NCBI GenBank assembly: GCA_051294375.1
Contig: CM119267.1
Location: 17,526,937-17,590,936 of the forward strand
Origin: Paraspadella gotoi
Taxonomy: Eukaryota; Animalia; Chaetognatha
Direction: 5' to 3'
DNA length: 64,000 bases
Position numbers and translations under genes: made by a program. The notes under the pieces are model-generated. The model was not told the origin of the DNA. It made no database searches and was given only the letters and a program-made list of their open reading frames with translations. Shown in pieces: positions 56,908 to 64,000 of this stretch; position 1 is the first letter of the stretch, and every line of letters begins with the position of its first letter.

Positions 56908-59900
56908 ACGAGGAGAGAGCTTGATTGAATTTAAATCAGTACAACCAAAAAAAATTATCCATTTATTTAAATAAATAAGTATCTTGCCACTGACTTGTGG
57001 TGGTTTAAGATAATTATATAGCAGGCCCTGCAAGTTTTCAATCAAGACTCTCTCACAGTCCCGTTCTTATCTTGGAAAAGCGATGGAAGCCTTCACACAC
57101 CTCTGCAAAGTCAGAGGGCAAGATAGGCCTGTTTGAATGAAATGATTATTTTTCATATTGTTGTATCAATTTCATAATGTTTGAATGACGCCGTTGAGAT
57201 TAAAAGAATTGAATAATTTAAATAATTAATTTTAAAAAATTTTAAGGGATGTGAAATAACGTAGATGGGAAATAGAGGGAGAAAAAAGGGTAAGGACAGC
57301 TGAACAGTGAACATAATCACAGATGCAGTCGGTGAAGGATGAAAAAAAGAGCATTGAAGAAGAAAAAAAGTAAACGAGATGATCGGGAGTGAACTATGAT
57401 TAGCAAATTAAAGAAAGTTGGAGACTAGAAAATTATAAAGCAAGCCTGAAAGGTAGCATTCATGAAAACGTAGCAAAAAGAGAAAAGTAAGAAGTTTTTG
57501 AAAAAAAGTGCTGTGCTCTCCTGCCCACTGTACCCAAAATGACCTAAGTGCCCAATCTGCCCATCTGTGCCTAACTGCCTATTTATGATCACCAACCAAA
57601 AGTGCGCAACTGCCCGCTTTGCCCAACGGCGAATCGATTTTTTGTTGTTTTTTTTGCTGCTAAAAGATTAAAAGGGGAAAAGATAAGAAGTAAACAGACA
57701 CAAGGAGAGTAAAGCGAAAGTCATCCGAAAAAAGATGAAAAGAAAACAGACATAAAACCCAACGGCCCTGTTTATAGCTCGCTGGAGCAGCTTTCCCTCT
57801 TTGTTTCTCTCTCCGTCTTTCTCTAATCAAATCAAATCAAATCTTTCTCGCTTGGTTAATCTATCGTACTTTGAACCATAAAAAGGTCTATCTCTCTCTT
57901 TTTTATTTCTCGCCAATGCTAATACACATTATATCATTCAAAGTAATAAATTTATTCTGACTAACAATCATTACATTAGAATAATTAGCCATCAACTGCC
58001 CTTACAATGAGTTGGGAAACTTTTTAAATGTACTAATACGTTTTGAACCTATTTAAATTTTAATCATTCTACGTAATAAAAAGCTATATAAAAATATATA
58101 TAGAAAAACCTCAGGCTTAGGAAACGGAAAAACGAGTTTTAGTTTTACGTATTGTAATTAAACTATAATGATCAACTATCAAATTAATTTGCCGACGGTC
58201 TTTTCAGTTCTATGTAATTTTCTTGTATCAAAGGTTCCAAGTTTTTGGTTAATCTTTTATGCTTCATAACAAATTCAAAGATGATTAAATGTACGTTCGC
58301 TAATGTAAACATAGCCGAACATATGAGCAACGCACCAACTGAAAAGAATGTTAAGTCAATACAAATCAAATCGTTTAAAAAACATTCTGAGAGTGAGATA
58401 CGTACCTGCCGATAACACATTGGGTATTTCATTCAAAAAAATGAGCCCAAGAAAATAAGAGAAAGGAATTTCTGAAGATTGTGAAATCGCCGTTGTTGTT
58501 GTTGTATCTTCCTGATTTATTTTTAAATATTTCTTTAAAGATCACAACATTGGTGGTATTGAGACTTTAATAAATATGATAAGTTTGTTGAATAAATATT
58601 TCGAAACAATGTTTATCTCACTTGGATAGAGAAAATAGAAAATATTCTTGCCAATAGATCCAATATGCCGCAAATGATGGTACCAAAAATATCCAAACGA
58701 GACGGTTTCGAAAGAATAGTAAATCCATTGACAATATATATTGATACTGGAATAGTAAATACTGCTGTAAAATGTAATCAAAGTTATCAATGACGAAAGT
58801 TTAAGCGTGAGTAAATTTTTTTTTAAAAAGTCACCTGCAGGAGTCGCACCCAACTGCCAAACGGTCCAATCAACATTTGGATAAAATCCAACCAGTATTT
58901 GGGAAATAGCGAAGCAAAATGAACCAAAGATCGAGTATAAATATGCCAGTTTGTAATTGGGATATCTTTGAATAAAGTAAACTTCGGATGTTCGGAAAAT
59001 AAAGGATGGCCGGGTTAGTAGAAGCAAACCTACTAGTGCAGTTATGAGTGATAGCACCTGACCAATAGAGAATTGTTTATTTGCTGGTTCAAATTTAAAA
59101 TAATAAATATTAAATGAAAAAAAACTTATTTTTATTATGCTTCAGGCTGCTCCTTATCCGATTTCTAAACCTTCAAGGAATTAAAAAAAAAAAAAAAGAA
59201 AATTTAAAAAAAAGTTAATAGTTATGAGCATTGAGCAAGTAGGTAAAAAGGATAAAATTAAAAGTTCTATAGTATCTACAATTCTACATGTACCTGCTCT
59301 TTAGTTGGTAGTTTTTTCATTAGGATGCTCTCTATAATTGGAGTCCAAACAACATTGAGATTATAGAGGGCCACCACATCACCTTGAAATATATATTTTA
59401 CACTTGACTTTTGCTATGAAACACAAACTGTTACTTTCGATTTTAAATCAACGTTGGCGCCAACCTAGCGGGCAATCAGTCATGGCGATGAAAACGACGA
59501 GGTAACCAACGTAGATAAACACCGAGGACGCGATGGATGCGGTTTTAACGCTGGCGCTCAGTTGGGAGAGAGGCTGACCGCCGAGTCGTTCGTTCAAGAC
59601 GAATAGAGGGATGTTGAAAATTGTGGCAGTGAGACAAATGAAGCCGTTCATCCACGCGCCGTCGAAAGCCTTTGAGAAAATAATATATTTATATATTATA
59701 CATATTTATATATATATATATTTATATTGGTTGTACCAATTTCATATCCTTTTTAATTAGTGTTCTAATTGACGATCTACGTCTCTTTATGCAATTTAAA
59801 CGAAAAAAAAATGGAGAAAAAATATGAATATGGTAGTATTAAATAAGTTCAACCAATATAATGTCCTTCTCATACTTATTACCCCATTGTCTTCGACCAA

Positions 59901-60982
59901 TACATTGACGTAAGACCAACATATTGTAGCGCAGACACCGAGGAGAACTGCGTGACCGGGTCGATTAGATCTCTCCAGTTTGGCGGAATCGGCGCTATTG
60001 CAACCAGTTTCCATGGTTTCTTAATTTTCCATCCGTTTCAAAAGTCAATAATAAATGATGATTAATTATAATTTTTCCTAAAAGGTTTTTTTTGTTGTTG
60101 CAAATTTCGAATGATTTATAATTTTCCTATTTTTTTAAACATTTGATCTTCTTTAAAAATTTTAAAAACGATGTATAATGTATATCATAAAATTTATCCT
60201 TGAACGGCGCTGATTAAGATTCTTCAAATCTGTTTAAAATGATAAAGGAGCCACCAAATGAACAAATCGTAGGAGCATTCAGCTAAATATTATTGAGTTT
60301 CTGTTCGTTTTTTATGATTCCGAAATCGTGCGTCTCAGGTTCAGCAGTTTTCACGTCTATTCCCTTTGATTGGGCTGAAAAGTAAACAAGTTTGGACAAA
60401 CAACGTGAATTTTGTAATCTACTCCTTTTGGGTAAATAATCTATCGAATGTCTTTGAAAAGATTGTACAAATAACGTTGTAGGTAGAGATCTATGACCAT
60501 ATACGCGATTATTTAAAAAAAAATCAGTTAAACCACCAATTTTAAAAATTTTAAATGATAATGTAGAAAATCGTAGAACGAAAATGTTAAATATAAATAA
60601 AAAAAAGAACATTACCTGCGGAGGGGATGGCAGCGGAGGCAGAAAGATAAGCGGTAAACACGCTCGAGGTCGGGGACGCGGAGGATCAATTGGGATCATG
60701 ATGAGGCATGTGAAAAAACGGGAATGAGCCAAGGAAAAGGGGAAAAGAAAATGGTTGTGAGATTTATCGAGTTGGATGTTACATTGCCAAGATAACCAGT
60801 CAAAATGAAAGTTTAAATCGTGAATTATTAATGTCGGCAATTTTGACAGCTCTAAACAGCTTTGTATTTATTTTCTTCTCGTTTTTTGAAAAATAAATTC
60901 CTACGCAAACGGTACATAGGATACAAATAATCGTCTTCTTACTCTCTTTGTCCCTTTAGTATTTTACTAATATCTTTAAATC

Positions 60983-61033
<51 letters not shown>

Positions 61034-63570
61034 CTTACTCTTTCCCACCGTTTACTTTTAACTTAAGTCTCAAGTTTAATTTTAAGTCCTTAAAACCAGA
61101 AGGACACCACGCACTTCCTCTTCCCCACTCGATGCGTTCATCCTCCATGTCGAGAGTCGGGACAGGTGGCGTCTCACCCTTTCCAATTCTCCAAGATAAT
61201 TTCCGAGAAATGATCGGTGGGGGGCGAGGGTGACTCGGTTCACGGTGGGCAGATGGCGCCGTAAAAGAATTTAAGACGCTAAAATGACTGGAATACTCCA
61301 GATGGAAATGACGTTTTTTTTGAGTCGCCGTCGAAGAACGGAGTGAGTGGGCGGTTGGCGTGTTTATTTTTAAAAATTTACTTTGATCGACGAACTGTCA
61401 AAGGTTTCAAATAAATATTTATAGGCTGTAAAAGGTGACATTCGCCGAGGAAAAAAAATATTGATCCGAAATTTCAAATTCCTTATTCGAAAAAATGAAT
61501 TGAAGGAATAAATCAATGAATAAATGAATGAATTTATAAAAAAAAATATTCATGACGGAAACAAATGAAAAAAATATTCACGATTATTTAATAGATAAAT
61601 GGTATAATGAACGAACGATTAAAATTTTTCTCTCAAGATGTGTGGCCGTCCAAGTATCCCCTCAAGTACGGGAACCGCGCCCGCTCCAAACGAGCCATCT
61701 GCGTCAAAATCCGCCGGGCGCCTGGTTCGTCTCTTCTCGGCGTCGCGGCGCCGCTCTTCGCCATCGCTTCCAGCGACAACTCCTTCGTTATAGGAGCAGG
61801 TGAGAAAAAAGTGTTTCGATTGCTGGAGCGGTTCGCCAGTGGAAATATTGCGAAAAAAAAACTCCAAAAAACTACATTTGTAAAAACCCTCAACGATTTG
61901 CCCAAAAAATCAAAACCACAGTGCAACTTCTTAATACTTAATATGTGGCGGTATATTCACACCGCCTCACGTCCGTCATCCTTCAGCCAAATCCATTGGC
62001 TCAGAGGGGGAAACACACCATCACAGGCGTAGTGTTCCATCCACAGTCCTAATGACTTCCCTCTGCGTTGGCAAAGCGAGAACCGTCCTGGTGACTGGAT
62101 GCGTCACTGAGGGTCGGAAGCCCCCCAAAGCCAACAGTGAGGATGCCCCATCCCAATGGGCATCAACAGGCAACCCGGCTGTTGCCATAAGTGGTGAGCC
62201 CTACTATCGAGACACGCAACCTTCTCAGGGTACGCTACGGACAAACGCCTATGCCCTGCCGACTTCGGGTACGCTACGACAAACGCCTATGCCCCTGGGG
62301 TACGCTACGACAAACGCCTATGCCCCACAACTCGCGCTCTTTCTCTCTCTCTCTCTCCCACTATGGTAACAGTCTTGTCAGACACCTCTCAGGCTTGAGG
62401 AACCTGAGTGATGTCTTGGCCCGGGGATCCTGGTGGCGGTATATTCACACCGCCTCAACGTCCGTCATCCTTCAGCCAAATCCCATTGGCTCAGAGGGGG
62501 AACACACCATCCCAGGCGTAGTTGTTCCATCCACAGTCCTAATGACTTCCCTCTGTGTTGGAAAAGCGAGACCGTCCTAGGGAACCGCGCCAGTGACTGG
62601 ATGCGTCACTGTAGGGGTCGGAAGCCCCAAAGCCAACAGTGAGATGCCCCATCCCAATGGGCATCACAGGCAACCCGGCTGTTGCCATAAATACCGTTAA
62701 TACAATTCATATCATGAAGCTTGAAACGGAAACGTCACCGTAATACGTTTTTTTTTTTTTTTTTCATTTTGAATTTTCCGACAATTCGGTAGTGTGCACT
62801 AATTAACCTGCCTGAACCACTCTCTTCTCGCCCTTGCAGCAGCAACGGTGACTGCATGCCTCGCAACGCCATCTTTATCGTCACGTCTTCCACGGCCTCT
62901 TTCTTCTCCGCTCGTCATCATGCTCATAATGTACGGCACGACGATCTACAATCCTCAAACAAAACGTTAGTCTTTTGTTACATTTATTATCAAATGATGT
63001 TATGTTATTTTGTGATTTTTGGATAATTGACCTACCAAACCGCTGGTGAGAGTGATGGAAGCCCTAGGTATTTGAGTCTCTGAAGTTTAGTAACTTAAAA
63101 GTGGGAAAGTTAACTAACAAACTAACTAAATTAGCATAATTCAAAAAAGAATATTTGACTTCAGGAAAAGGCCAACGAGGCGACGGGAACTAGGCAAGTC
63201 GGTCAGTCGCAGATCAGAAAGATCGAAAAGGTACGATGTCGAAGAAATAAGTCACTATATGGTTATTATAATAAAATGAATATCAATATACTAATTACTA
63301 TTTTAAAAATAATTCTTGTTTTATTGAAAGTAACAATTTTGCTTATTTCCTTTTTTTCCGTTTTCCTCGCTCCCTTTCTCTACAGCCCCATCATCCTCTG
63401 CGCGCCAAATCTTTGCCCGACGATCCCGCACGTTCCTCGCCATCTTGGCGCCCAAGATTCCTACCTCCGACCGCCACGCTCAATCAGTGACGCGTTCCAC
63501 GGCGACGCCGCCGCAGCAGCCGCGGTGGAACCGCTTTCGGTCGGCGCGCTCGCCAGCCGAAACGGTTGAG
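54937..63570 (+). CDS. Second copy of receptor exons 3-6 (54937-55028, 5'-truncated; 61638-61799; 62840-62965; 63386 to about 63570)
   Basis: Clean LPPMVCVFWFSFDVLCCTGSIIHLCIISVDR at 54937-55028 with a GT donor. Downstream exons are collinear with copy 1 and differ mostly by single-base indels. Confidence 0.8.
58184..60014 (-). CDS. SLC35G-like EamA/DMT-superfamily transporter, 350 aa; 7 exons: 60014-59883, 59669-59465, 59382-59294, 59057-58835, 58764-58622, 58511-58406, 58338-58184
   Basis: GT-AG introns with phases 0,1,0,1,0,1 give an intact frame with about 10 hydrophobic segments. PLGDVVALYNLNVVWTPIIESILMKK, GLLLLTRPSFIF and SEIPFSYFLGLIFLNEIPNVLSAVGALLI parallel SLC35G1 SLADATVITFSSPVF, GVILIVRPPFLF and FFNNVP...GGALCV. 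Confidence 0.85.
61944..62689 (+). mobile_element. TRIM-like non-autonomous LTR retroelement (LTRs 61944-62189 and 62431-62689; internal 62190-62430; AATA target-site duplication)
   Basis: Two direct repeats of about 250 bp run TG(G)TGGC...GCCATA, with imperfect inverted ends. TGGTGAGCCC (PBS-like) lies 2 nt after the 5' LTR, and AATA flanks both ends (61940-61943, 62690-62693). There is no recognisable coding capacity. The element is absent at the equivalent site in the other copy (52261-52277). Confidence 0.85.
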
Positions 63571-64000
63571 GACCGCGCGGTTTCGGAAAGAGTTCGCGAC
63601 ATGGCGAACGGGCGGCGCCGTTGCCGTCGTCGCAGGCGCGGCCGCCGTCGTTTCAACGCCGGAAAACGACGAAGGTGCGAAAAGGTAAAAAAAAACTGAG
63701 GATAAATTGAAGGTGTTCCGCCGAGAGACCAATCAAAAACAAACGGAGCTAATGGAAAAACAAACAAATGGGAAAGAGGTCGCCTCGGTCGGATTGGGTG
63801 ATTAAGTTTTCCCGCTAACCTTCGAGAGGGCGCCGCCATTTTGCTTTTCACTCGCTTCACGATTGTTTTTGTACCCTCTTTTTGAAATAAAGGGCTTGAA
63901 TTTTAATTTTGAAGACAGTAAGGTAGTGCATACGGCTAAACCGTATACCAAAAGAGACAATTAGACCAATTCAAAGTTATTTATTCTTCATAATTTATGA

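Larger units (their letters stand above)
44980..64000. repeat. Direct duplication of about 9 kb (about 44980-53610 and 54938-64000), likely uncollapsed haplotypes or reads
   Basis: Continuous collinearity, including introns. Differences are mostly scattered 1-nt indels plus the TRIM-like insertion. Confidence 0.92.

Noticed and set aside
62049-62090. Hammerhead-like CTAATGA...GAAA in the TRIM LTRs (retrozyme hypothesis)
   Set aside because: The essential core is CUGANGA. Here G5 is A in both LTRs, GAAA is present only in the 3' LTR, and stems II and III cannot be formed.
62228-62326. CRISPR-like 28-nt direct repeats
   Set aside because: Only three units with 3- and 10-nt spacers, in a eukaryotic context with no cas genes.

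Overview
Eukaryotic DNA from an intron-rich invertebrate animal, AT-rich and dense in (CT)n microsatellites. The draft assembly appears patched with uncorrected long reads: six gaps are exactly 25 N, several flank error-laden duplicate sequence, and there is one fold-back. I reconstructed five genes by reading splice sites and exon phases, which the ORF track largely misses. (1) A divergent TSPO gene (+, 2805-4978). (2) An unrecognised 8-exon gene of about 275 aa (-, 7726-14905) with fully consistent phases. (3) An intronless ORF for the N-terminal part of peptidylglycine alpha-hydroxylating monooxygenase (PHM) that has lost its HH copper ligands (-, 27596-27898). (4) A 5-HT2-like aminergic GPCR (+, from 39272) with DRC instead of DRY and a catecholamine-type Ser triad in TM5. 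(5) A 7-exon, 350-aa SLC35G/EamA-like transporter nested antisense in receptor intron 3. About 9 kb (roughly 44.98-53.6 kb and 54.94-64 kb) is present twice, probably as uncollapsed haplotypes. Only the second copy carries a 746-bp non-coding TRIM-like LTR element with extremely hairpin-rich LTRs, a primer-binding-site-like motif and three internal tandem hairpin repeats. This element is the most intriguing object in the window. Two Helentron/HINE-like elements and a tRNA-derived SINE-like head are also present. I found no CRISPR, rRNA or prokaryotic system. Family assignments come from remembered motifs, not database searches.
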